NCBI GenBank assembly: GCA_022770365.1
Contig: JALEHU010000068.1
Location: forward strand, 413-64,412
Source of the DNA: Blautia sp.
GTDB lineage: Bacteria > Bacillota > Clostridia > Lachnospirales > Lachnospiraceae
Direction: 5' to 3'
Length of the DNA stretch: 64,000 nt
A program made the position numbers and the translations under genes. The notes below the pieces were generated by a model. The model saw only the letters and a list, made by a program, of their open reading frames with translations. It did no database searches and was not told the DNA's origin. Position 1 is the first letter of the stretch. Each line of letters begins with the position of its first letter. This document shows, piece by piece, positions 49,753 through 58,698 of the stretch.

Positions 49753-51141
49753 ATGAGTGAAACAAAGAAAATCCCTTACAAAATTTATCTGGAAGAACAG
49801 GAAATGCCGAAGGAATGGTATAATGTACGCGCAGATATGAAGAACAAACCTGCACCGCTTCTGAATCCGGGAACGCTGAAACCGATGACTGCGGAAGAAC
49901 TGGGTGTTGTTTTCTGCGATGAACTGGTTAAACAGGAACTGGATAATGATAATGCATATATTCCGATTCCGGAAGAAATCCGCAGTTTTTACAAAATGTA
50001 CCGCCCGTCTCCATTAGTCAGAGCGTACTGCCTGGAAGAAAAGCTGCAGACTCCGGCGAAGATTTACTATAAATTTGAAGGCAACAACACCAGCGGAAGC
50101 CATAAACTGAATTCTGCCATTGCACAGGCATATTATGCCAAGAAACAGGGATTAAAAGGCGTTACCACAGAGACTGGAGCCGGTCAGTGGGGAACTGCGC
50201 TTTCCATGGCGTGTGCATACCTTGGTCTTGACTGCAAAGTTTTCATGGTAAAATGTTCTTATGAGCAGAAACCGTTCCGGCGTGAAGTAATGAGAACATA
50301 CGGTGCCGATGTGACCCCATCTCCGTCCATGACTACTGAGATTGGAAAGAAGATCCTGGCAGAGCATCCGGGAACTACCGGAAGTCTTGGATGTGCGATC
50401 TCGGAAGCTGTAGAATGTGCGACAGGACAGGAAGGATACCGTTATGTTCTGGGAAGCGTTTTGAATCAGGTATTGCTTCATCAGTCTGTGATAGGTCTGG
50501 AAACAAAAGCAGCTCTCGATAAATATGGAATAAAAGCAGATATGATCATTGGCTGTGCTGGCGGCGGTTCCAATCTTGGCGGTCTGATTTCTCCGTTTAT
50601 GGGTGAAAAACTGCGGGGAGAAGCAGATTATCAGTTTATTGCAGTAGAACCGGCTTCATGCCCGAGTCTTACAAGAGGAAAATATGTGTATGATTTCTGT
50701 GATACCGGTATGGTAACGCCTCTTGCAAAAATGTATACACTGGGAAGCGGTTTTATTCCATCGGCAAATCACGCGGGCGGGCTGCGCTATCATGGTATGA
50801 GCTCTACCCTGTCACAGCTTTATGCGGATGGACTGATGGAGGCACGATGCGTAGAGCAGACATCTGTATTTGAGGCAGCGGAGATGTTTGCAAGAGTAGA
50901 GGGCATCCTTCCTGCACCGGAAAGCTCTCATGCAATCCGTGTTGCGATCGATGAGGCATTGAAATGTAAAGAGACAGGAGAGGAGAAAACGATTGTCTTT
51001 GGCCTGACGGGAACCGGATATTTTGATATGGTTGCATATGAAAAATACAATAACGGTGAAATGTCTGATTACATTCCAACGGATGCAGATCTGCAGGTAG
51101 GATTTGACGGAATTCCGAAATTCCCCGGAAATGAAATCTGA
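49753..51141 (+). CDS. trpB: TrpB2-type stand-alone tryptophan synthase beta (TrpB-like PLP enzyme)
   Basis: SGSHKLNSA, TETGAGQWG, GSLGCAISEA, GGGSNLGG, HAGGLRYHG, PAPESSHA. Confidence 0.92.
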   Translation: MSETKKIPYKIYLEEQEMPKEWYNVRADMKNKPAPLLNPGTLKPMTAEELGVVFCDELVKQELDNDNAYIPIPEEIRSFYKMYRPSPLVRAYCLEEKLQTPAKIYYKFEGNNTSGSHKLNSAIAQAYYAKKQGLKGVTTETGAGQWGTALSMACAYLGLDCKVFMVKCSYEQKPFRREVMRTYGADVTPSPSMTTEIGKKILAEHPGTTGSLGCAISEAVECATGQEGYRYVLGSVLNQVLLHQSVIGLETKAALDKYGIKADMIIGCAGGGSNLGGLISPFMGEKLRGEADYQFIAVEPASCPSLTRGKYVYDFCDTGMVTPLAKMYTLGSGFIPSANHAGGLRYHGMSSTLSQLYADGLMEARCVEQTSVFEAAEMFARVEGILPAPESSHAIRVAIDEALKCKETGEEKTIVFGLTGTGYFDMVAYEKYNNGEMSDYIPTDADLQVGFDGIPKFPGNEI

Positions 51142-51148
51142 AAAAGTT

Positions 51149-51186
51149 AAATATAAAAAGCCGGTGTTTACCGGCTTTTTATATTT
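51149..51186. terminator. Bidirectional intrinsic terminator
   Basis: AAATATAAAAAGCCGGT-gttt-ACCGGCTTTTTATATTT. Confidence 0.85.
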
Positions 51187-52820
51187 TATCCCTGGTTCTG
51201 TGCTGCGACCAGGTGGGAAGCACCGTACATTTCACGAAGCTTCGGTTTTTCAATCTTGCCGGTGGCATTTCTTGGTACATCGGCAAAGATGATTTTGCGT
51301 GGGCGTTTGTAACGAGGCAGTTTTTTACAGAAGAGTTCAATATCTTCTTCGGTGCAGATGATGCCCGGTTTCAGCTGGATAATAGCAGCGGAGATTTCTC
51401 CGAGACGGGGATCGGGAAGACCGATCACAGCCACATCCAGGATAGCATCGTTTGTGCGCAGGAAATCTTCAATCTGAACAGGGTAAATATTTTCGCCGCC
51501 GCTGATGATGACATCTTTTTTGCGGTCTACCAGGAAAATAAAACCGTCTTCATCTTCCATAGCCATATCGCCTGTGTACAGCCAGTCTCCGTGAAGTACT
51601 TCGCTGGTGGATTTCGAGTCGTTGTAGTAGCAGACCATGACGCCGGGACCTTTGACAGCAAGTTCACCGGTTTCGCCCTGTTTTACCGGATTTCCGTTCT
51701 CATCGATAATTTTGGTTTCCCATCCGTAGCCGGCTTTGCCGATCGCACCGACTTTGTGGATATTCTCCACTCCGAGGTGAACACAGCCCGGTCCTATGGA
51801 TTCGCTGAGTCCATAGTTGGTGTCATACTGATGATGCGGGAAATATTTCTTCCAGTGTCTGATCAGGCTCTGCGGAACCGGCTGTGCGCCGATATGCATC
51901 AGGCGCCACTGGTCAAGCTGATACATGTCAAGCTTGATCTCGCCGCTGTCCAGGGCGAGCAGCAGATCCTGAGCCCATGGGACAAGAAGCCAGACGATGG
52001 TGCATTTTTCTTCGGAAACAGCCCGGAGAATGAATTCCGGATTGGTTCCTTTGAGAAGAACAGCCTTGCCGCCCACCAGAAAACTGCCGAACCAGTGCAT
52101 CTTGGCGCCTGTGTGATACAGAGGCGGAATGCACAGGAATACGTCGTCTTTGGTCTGACCGTGGTGGTGCTGCTCTGTCAGTGCGGCATGCATCAGGGCA
52201 CGGTGCGTATGCAGAATAGCCTTCGGGAAACCGGTGGTTCCGGAAGAAAAATAAATTGCGGCATAATCTTCATCTGTAATGTTGATTCTGGGTGACTGGC
52301 TGGAGCAGTTCGCGGTATGCATGGTATAATCTTCTGCGAATCCCGGGCAGCCGTCACCTACATAGTAGAGAAGGCGGTGCTTGCCGATCTCATCTGCAAT
52401 TTCTTCCACACGGCCGATAAACTCCGGACCGAAAACAAGAATATCCACTTCCGCCAGATCCAGACAGTACTGGATCTCTTCCGCAGAATAACGGAAATTC
52501 AGCGGTACTGCAAGAGCTCCTGTTTTCAGGATACCGAAATAAATAGGAAGCCATTCCAGACAGTTCATCAGGAGAATGGCAACCTTATCTCCTTTCTGAA
52601 CACCTCGTTCCAGAAGAAGATTGGCAAAACGATTGGCTTTTTCATTAAAAACATTCCATGTAATTTCACGGCGGTAGTAGGATGCACGTACCGGCTCGAT
52701 TAATTCATATTCTTTCCATGTAACGCGTCTTGTCTCCGGCATTTCCGGATTGATCTCCACGAGACAGACATCTTCGCCGTAAAGACGGCAGTTCTTTTCC
52801 AAAATTTCTGTGATAGGCAT
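51186..52820 (-). CDS. AMP-binding acyl-CoA ligase (class I adenylate-forming enzyme)
   Basis: YFSSGTTGFPK, NYGLSE, YTGD, DRKKDVIISGGENIYP, PRNATGKI. Confidence 0.92.
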   Translation of the reverse strand: MPITEILEKNCRLYGEDVCLVEINPEMPETRRVTWKEYELIEPVRASYYRREITWNVFNEKANRFANLLLERGVQKGDKVAILLMNCLEWLPIYFGILKTGALAVPLNFRYSAEEIQYCLDLAEVDILVFGPEFIGRVEEIADEIGKHRLLYYVGDGCPGFAEDYTMHTANCSSQSPRINITDEDYAAIYFSSGTTGFPKAILHTHRALMHAALTEQHHHGQTKDDVFLCIPPLYHTGAKMHWFGSFLVGGKAVLLKGTNPEFILRAVSEEKCTIVWLLVPWAQDLLLALDSGEIKLDMYQLDQWRLMHIGAQPVPQSLIRHWKKYFPHHQYDTNYGLSESIGPGCVHLGVENIHKVGAIGKAGYGWETKIIDENGNPVKQGETGELAVKGPGVMVCYYNDSKSTSEVLHGDWLYTGDMAMEDEDGFIFLVDRKKDVIISGGENIYPVQIEDFLRTNDAILDVAVIGLPDPRLGEISAAIIQLKPGIICTEEDIELFCKKLPRYKRPRKIIFADVPRNATGKIEKPKLREMYGASHLVAAQNQG

Positions 52821-52854
52821 AGGTTACCCCTTTCTGGCCTGTATTATTTTGTCA

Positions 52855-53046
52855 CGCTTTAAAGCGCCTAATTGCTAAAGTTCATATTAATGGATTTTGC
52901 AAAAAAAGTCAACCGCTATTTTGTCAATCTATACAAAAAAAGAATAAATAGAAAAACAAATTTGTTGAAAAATATTGACATTTGTTCAAAAGGTGATATA
53001 CTGAAACAGATAATTTAACAATTAAAAGCGTTACGCTTTAAAGCGT
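52855..53046. promoter_or_regulatory. Two copies of palindromic operator CGCTTTAAAGCG in the divergent promoter region; SigA promoter at 52975-53002
   Basis: CGCTTTAAAGCG at 52855-52866 and 53034-53045; TTGACA-16 bp-TATACT with a TG extension. Confidence 0.65.
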
Positions 53047-53072
53047 GAAATAAAATGAGGGAGGATAAACTT

Positions 53073-54608
53073 ATGGCGGTTAAACTTTTATTGTTAATCA
53101 TTTTTTTCGCAGTTATGGTCGGCGTGGGAGTGGTATCCCGCAAACATGCGTCCAATGTGAATGATTTTGTACTGGGAGGAAGAAGTGTAGGTCCCTGGCT
53201 GACAGCGTTTGCCTATGGAACGTCCTATTTTTCTGCAGTAGTGTTTGTGGGTTATGCGGGACAGTTCGGATGGAAATATGGTCTTGCATCCACCTGGATC
53301 GGACTTGGCAACGCGTTCCTTGGGAGTCTGCTGGCATGGGTGGTTCTCGGCAGACGCACCAGAATCATGACTCAGCATATCCAGGCTGCTACAATGCCGG
53401 ATTTCTTCGGCAAACGTTTCAACAGCAATGCGCTTCGTATCGCTGCGTCAGCAATTGTATTTATATTCCTGATTCCGTATACAGCATCTCTTTATAACGG
53501 ACTTTCACGTTTGTTTGGAATGGCATTTGATATTCCGTATACGGCATGTGTCATTCTGATGGCAACCCTGACAGGTGTATATGTAATCCTTGGCGGATAT
53601 ATGGCTACAGCGATCAATGATTTTATCCAGGGTATTGTTATGATCGGCGGTATTATTGCGGTAATTGCTGCTGTATTGAACGGACAGGGCGGTTTTATGG
53701 AAGCTGTCGGCAAACTGGCCCAGCTTGAAAGTGATATTCCGGTGACTCAGGGGCAGCCCGGCGCGTTTACATCCTTTTTCGGTCCGGATCCGCTGAATCT
53801 TCTGGGTGTTATTATCCTGACTTCTCTTGGAACCTGGGGACTTCCGCAGATGGTTCACAAATTCTATACGATCAAAAATGAAAAAGCGGTCAAGACCGGT
53901 ACGATTATTTCTACCTTTTTTGCAGTGATCATTTCGGGAGGATGTTATTTCCTTGGCGGATTTGGACGTTTGTTTGATAATCCGGCTATTTACAAAGCAG
54001 ACGGAAGTATTGCATATGATGCAATCATTCCTCAGATGCTGTCCACGCTGCCGGATATCCTGATCGGTATCGTGGTGATCCTGGTTCTGTCGGCTTCCAT
54101 GTCCACACTGTCATCTCTGGTGCTGACTTCCAGTTCCACACTGACTCTGGATTTTATCAAGGGAAACCTTGTGAAAGATATGGATGAGAAAAAACAGCTT
54201 CTGGTAATGCGTGTGCTGATCGTGTTCTTTATTGTGATCTCGGTAGTACTGGCACTGGATCCGCCTACATTTATCGCACAGCTGATGGGTATTTCCTGGG
54301 GTGCGCTGGCAGGTGCTTTCCTGGCACCGTTTATGTATGGCCTGTTCTGGAAAAAGACAACACCGCTGGCTGTCTGGGCAAGCTTTATTACAGGTGTGGG
54401 AATTACTGTTTCCAATATGTACTTTAAATTTATTGCTTCTCCTATCAATGCAGGTGCCGTTGCAATGATCGCAGGTCTTGTTATCGTTCCGGTTGTAAGT
54501 CTGATCACACCGAAGATGGATGCGAAACGAGTGGATGATATCTTTACCTGTTACGACGAAGAAGTTTATGTAAAACGAAAAGTAGCTCTTCCGGAGGAAG
54601 ATAAGTAA
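53073..54608 (+). CDS. Sodium:solute symporter family protein
   Basis: DFVLGGRSVGPW, TSYFSAVVFVGYAG, GLPQMV, ASMSTLSS; about 13 TM. Confidence 0.9.
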   Translation: MAVKLLLLIIFFAVMVGVGVVSRKHASNVNDFVLGGRSVGPWLTAFAYGTSYFSAVVFVGYAGQFGWKYGLASTWIGLGNAFLGSLLAWVVLGRRTRIMTQHIQAATMPDFFGKRFNSNALRIAASAIVFIFLIPYTASLYNGLSRLFGMAFDIPYTACVILMATLTGVYVILGGYMATAINDFIQGIVMIGGIIAVIAAVLNGQGGFMEAVGKLAQLESDIPVTQGQPGAFTSFFGPDPLNLLGVIILTSLGTWGLPQMVHKFYTIKNEKAVKTGTIISTFFAVIISGGCYFLGGFGRLFDNPAIYKADGSIAYDAIIPQMLSTLPDILIGIVVILVLSASMSTLSSLVLTSSSTLTLDFIKGNLVKDMDEKKQLLVMRVLIVFFIVISVVLALDPPTFIAQLMGISWGALAGAFLAPFMYGLFWKKTTPLAVWASFITGVGITVSNMYFKFIASPINAGAVAMIAGLVIVPVVSLITPKMDAKRVDDIFTCYDEEVYVKRKVALPEEDK

Positions 54609-54642
54609 AATATGTTACTGTGCAGAGTAACATATAAATGAA

Positions 54643-54692
54643 AAAAAAGGATTCGTGAAAGAAGCGGTCAGGAGCTTCACGAATCCTTTTTT
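54643..54692. terminator. Bidirectional terminator
   Basis: AAAAAAGGGATTCGTGAA...TTCACGAATCCTTTTTT. Confidence 0.7.
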
Positions 54693-54721
54693 GTCACAGG
54701 AAAGTGTTTTGCTTATATGGT

Positions 54722-55393
54722 TCAGATCCCCAGGAGTACCTGTGCATTGCCTGAAAGAATAAGCTCTTTTTCTGCATGGGAAAGTCCGGTAAATGAATTC
54801 AGTCTTTCTGCGCATTCTTTCTGGCTTGTCCACGGGGCATCCGTACCGAAAAGAATGTGGTCTGCACCATGGAGATGTACCATACGGACAAACTGTTCCT
54901 CCTGCATATGCATAATGGAGTACGCAGTATCGAGATACACAGGCTTGCCGCAAAGCTTCTGTTCTGCTTCCTCATAATGTTCATTGCTTCCCATGTGAGC
55001 CAGGATCAGTCTGGGAGGCGCAACCTCATCCAGAACATGAAGCGCCATATCCGGGGAACAGAATTCTTCGTCCGGCGTATATGGATCATATCCGGCATGT
55101 GTCAGGACACAAAGACCCAGTTCGGATGCTCTGTCAATGATCCGCATGTAGTGAATATCATCAAAGTGAAGTCCCTGATAATTGGGATGCAGCTTAATGC
55201 CTTTAAATCCTTCATTTCTGATCTGCTGTAGCTGGTCTTTATAATTGTCTGATAGAGGGTGGATGCTTGCAAGAGAAATCAACCGCGGGCAAGGACCTTC
55301 AGCATACGTTTCATTTACATGAACTGCAAAACGGAAAATGGAATCGAACTGGTGCGGGTCGGTAACGATGGGCAGAACCACGCTGACATCAAT
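54722..55393 (-). pseudogene. Amidohydrolase_2 family protein, 5' truncated
   Basis: GIKLHPNYQ, HAGYD, AHMG, YLDTAY, FGTDAPW present; recognisable sequence starts at IDVSVVLP with no N-terminal DxHxH motif or RBS. Confidence 0.65.
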
Positions 55394-55599
55394 TCAAACT
55401 GAAAAAAAAGACAGTTTCAAGTTAGTATTCAGTCAGTGCATTCGCACTTGCTTGCGAAATATTTTTTATCATGGTAATATTATCTGAGACTGAAATCTCT
55501 GGATTGTCCGGATATGGGTACTGATTATTTCTATATTTCGGAAATTTTGAAGAGAATTTTATGTATACATCGTTTATGTTAGAAAAGAGGAGAAAAATT

Positions 55600-56028
55600 A
55601 TGATCAAACAGAATATTGTTTTTGTGGAAAACAGGGCGGGAAGCCTTCGTAAAGTGACAGAAATCCTTGCAAAAGAGAAGATAGATATCTACGGCTTTGC
55701 ATGCTTTGACGCACCGGAATTCGCGCTTTTCCGTATGGTGTCAAGTGACGCACAGAAGGCAGAGAAAATCCTTACAGCCAATGGGTTTATCAACCGCATT
55801 ACAGATGTGATCGCAGTGAATGTGAAAGACGAAGCAGGCGGACTGGATGAGATTCTCAGTGTAGTCGGAGAGAGCAATATCAGCCTGGATTATATTTATA
55901 CATCTTATCATCGCAGTAATCAGATCCCGGTGGTCATTCTTCATTCTGACGAGATTTTTCTCACAGAGAGTATTCTTAAGAATAATGGATTTAAAGCCAT
56001 TGACACTGTAGATGAACTGCTGAAATAA
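55600..56028 (+). CDS. ACT domain-containing protein (tandem ACT, COG4747-like)
   Basis: KQNIVFVENRAGSL, DEAGGL..IL, ISLDYIY. Confidence 0.85.
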   Translation: MIKQNIVFVENRAGSLRKVTEILAKEKIDIYGFACFDAPEFALFRMVSSDAQKAEKILTANGFINRITDVIAVNVKDEAGGLDEILSVVGESNISLDYIYTSYHRSNQIPVVILHSDEIFLTESILKNNGFKAIDTVDELLK

Positions 56029-56044
56029 GTACAGAGGCAGAATA

Positions 56045-56716
56045 ATGTATCGAATTTTAATTGTTGAGGATGATGAAGTGATTGCCGGCCTTGTGAAGAA
56101 ACATCTGCAGTCCTGGGGATATCAGGTGGATTGTGTGACGGATTTTGCCCATGTACTGACAGAGTTTGCCAGAAAGGATCCGCAGCTTGTGATTCTTGAT
56201 CTGAAGCTGCCGTTTTATAACGGATTTCACTGGTGTGAGGAAATCCGCAGAATCTCCCAGGTACCCATTGTATTTCTTTCTTCCGCAGCCGATAATATGA
56301 ATATGGTGATGGCAATGAGCCGCGGTGCGGATGATTTTATTGCAAAGCCCTTTGACATGAATGTGCTGGCTGCCAAGGTTCAGGCGCTTCTTCGGCGTAC
56401 TTATTCCTTTGGTAAAGCTTCCAGTATCCTGGAGCATGGAGGTGCAGTACTGAATCCGGGAAGCGGGTATCTTACCTGGGAGGGGGAGCAGGTGGATCTG
56501 ACACGAAACGAGATCAGGATCCTTCAGATCCTTTTTGAAAATGCAGGCAGAGTCGTTTCCAGAGATGCTATTATGATGAAGCTGTGGGAAAACGACAGCT
56601 TTATTGATGACAATACCCTTACTGTGAATATGACCCGCCTTCGCAAAAAACTGGAAGGTATCGGTCTGGAGGATTTTATTGTCACTAAAAAAGGCGTGGG
56701 ATACATGCTTTCATAA
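56045..56716 (+). CDS. OmpR-family response regulator (BceR/GraR-like)
   Basis: IVEDD, LDLKLPFYNGFHWC, GADDFIAKPF, DNTLTVNMTRLRKKL. Confidence 0.92.
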   Translation: MYRILIVEDDEVIAGLVKKHLQSWGYQVDCVTDFAHVLTEFARKDPQLVILDLKLPFYNGFHWCEEIRRISQVPIVFLSSAADNMNMVMAMSRGADDFIAKPFDMNVLAAKVQALLRRTYSFGKASSILEHGGAVLNPGSGYLTWEGEQVDLTRNEIRILQILFENAGRVVSRDAIMMKLWENDSFIDDNTLTVNMTRLRKKLEGIGLEDFIVTKKGVGYMLS

Positions 56717-56735
56717 GCTGCAGGCAGGAGAGAAA

Positions 56736-57740
56736 ATGAAATATCTTCGGGAATATATAAAAAGAATCTGGAAAATAATGTTACTTTTTCTTGTTTTTGC
56801 TGCTGTTATGGCAGTGATATTTGCATTGTATGACCTGCCGGCGGAACCGGCATTTTACGGGGCGGTCCTGTGCCTGACTGCAGGGACTGCCTTCTTTTTG
56901 TATGGGTATGCTGCCTATTACAGGCACAGAGAAATACAGCACAGAATTGCGGATCATCTGCCGCTGGAGCTGGAAAATCTGGAGAAACTGCTTCTGCCGT
57001 CTGACGGGGTTGAAGAGGGATACCAGCAGATGCTGATGGAACTGAACCGTTTGAGGATGGAGGCGGAATCCGGCAGACAGACCTTTTATACGGAACTGAC
57101 AGATTATTATACCATGTGGGCCCATCAGATAAAAACACCTATTTCCGCTATGCGTCTGCTTTTGAATGAGGAAACACCGGACACTCAGGCAGCAGCCTCG
57201 GAATTGTTCCGGATTGAACAGTATGTGGAGATGGTTTTGGGATATCTTCGTACGGAGGACATGTCTTCCGATATGAATTTTCAAAGCTGCAGCCTGGACA
57301 GGATCATCCGTGAACAGATACATAAATATGCCCGTATTTTTATCGGCAGAAAGATTTCGCTGGACTATTCCGACATAGAAAAAACGGTTCTGTCAGATCC
57401 GAAATGGCTTGGATTTGTTATCGGACAGATCTTGTCCAATGCCCTGAAATATACGAAAAAAGGAAAGATATCCATCTATACGGAAACGGTGAAAGCTCAG
57501 GAAATTCTGGTGATTGAAGATACAGGAATCGGTATCCGTCCGGAAGATCTGCCGAGAGTTTTTGAAAAAGGTTTCACAGGCTGCAACGGCAGAGAAGAGT
57601 GCCATTCCACCGGAATCGGACTTTATCTTTGTGCAAAGATCATGAAGCGTCTGGGACATGAAATTTTCATGGAATCTGTACCCGGGAAAGGAACGAAAGT
57701 GTTTCTTTTTCTTGAAAGAACATCCATGGAATTATTCTGA
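56736..57740 (+). CDS. Intramembrane-sensing histidine kinase (BceS/GraS-like)
   Basis: Two closely spaced TMs; WAHQIKTP, QILSNALKY, DTGIGI, FEKGFTG, STGIGLYL. Confidence 0.92.
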   Translation: MKYLREYIKRIWKIMLLFLVFAAVMAVIFALYDLPAEPAFYGAVLCLTAGTAFFLYGYAAYYRHREIQHRIADHLPLELENLEKLLLPSDGVEEGYQQMLMELNRLRMEAESGRQTFYTELTDYYTMWAHQIKTPISAMRLLLNEETPDTQAAASELFRIEQYVEMVLGYLRTEDMSSDMNFQSCSLDRIIREQIHKYARIFIGRKISLDYSDIEKTVLSDPKWLGFVIGQILSNALKYTKKGKISIYTETVKAQEILVIEDTGIGIRPEDLPRVFEKGFTGCNGREECHSTGIGLYLCAKIMKRLGHEIFMESVPGKGTKVFLFLERTSMELF

Positions 57741-57751
57741 TATGCCGGAAC

Positions 57752-57787
57752 CTTACAAAAGTGTAACTTTTAACGGGAAATTGTAAG
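57752..57787 (+). promoter_or_regulatory. BceR-type binding site upstream of the ABC transporter
   Basis: CTTACA-N4-TGTAAC, plus a downstream TGTAAG half-site. Confidence 0.65.
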
Positions 57788-57930
57788 CCGCAGTTATGGC
57801 AGATGGTTTCCCGTTTTTCTATACTTATATCATCCGGATCATAAATGTAGAAAAGAGGCAAATGTTCAGCAGCGTATGTCCGGAAAAGAGGTAATGAAGA
57901 AGCTGCCGGATGATTGCAGAAGGAGTATAT

Positions 57931-58698
57931 ATGGCATTATTAGAAGTGACAAATGTAAAGAAAATCTATAGTACCAGATTTGGCGGAAATAAAGTGCAGG
58001 CACTTTCCAATGTGACTTTTGCAGTGCAGGAAGGGGAATTTGTGGCTATTATGGGAGAAAGCGGGAGTGGAAAAACCACCCTCCTGAATATACTGGCATC
58101 CCTGGACCGGCCCACAGAGGGAGAGGTTCTGCTGGAGGGAAAAAGCATCGTACATCTGACAGAAAAAGAAATTTCCGCATTCCGCAGAAAAAATCTGGGG
58201 TTTGTATTTCAGGATTTTAATCTTCTGGATACCTTCAGTCTGCGGGATAATATTTATCTTCCGCTGGTGCTGGCAGGGGAGGACTACCGTGAAATGGCAC
58301 AGAAGATCCGTCCCATTGCCCAGGCACTTCATATTACGGAAATTCTGGAGAAATTTCCATATGAGGTTTCCGGCGGACAGAAACAGCGTGCTGCAGTGGC
58401 AAGGGCGCTGATCACAGATCCGAAACTGATCCTTGCGGATGAACCGACAGGAGCGCTGGATTCCCGGGCTGCATCAGCACTTCTGGCAATGTTCGAGGAA
58501 ATCAACCGGAACGGACAGACCATTCTTATGGTAACGCACAGTGCACAGGCGGCAAGTCATGCTTCAAGAGTGCTGTTTATCAAAGATGGAGAAGTATTTC
58601 ATCAGATTTACCGGGGCAGTAAATCCCGGCAGGAAATGTATCAGATGATCTCCGATACCCTGACGATTCTGACGACAGGCGGTGAGACTTATGCGTAA
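57931..58698 (+). CDS. ABC transporter ATP-binding protein (BceA-like)
   Basis: [29 protein letters not shown]. Confidence 0.92.
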   Translation: MALLEVTNVKKIYSTRFGGNKVQALSNVTFAVQEGEFVAIMGESGSGKTTLLNILASLDRPTEGEVLLEGKSIVHLTEKEISAFRRKNLGFVFQDFNLLDTFSLRDNIYLPLVLAGEDYREMAQKIRPIAQALHITEILEKFPYEVSGGQKQRAAVARALITDPKLILADEPTGALDSRAASALLAMFEEINRNGQTILMVTHSAQAASHASRVLFIKDGEVFHQIYRGSKSRQEMYQMISDTLTILTTGGETYA

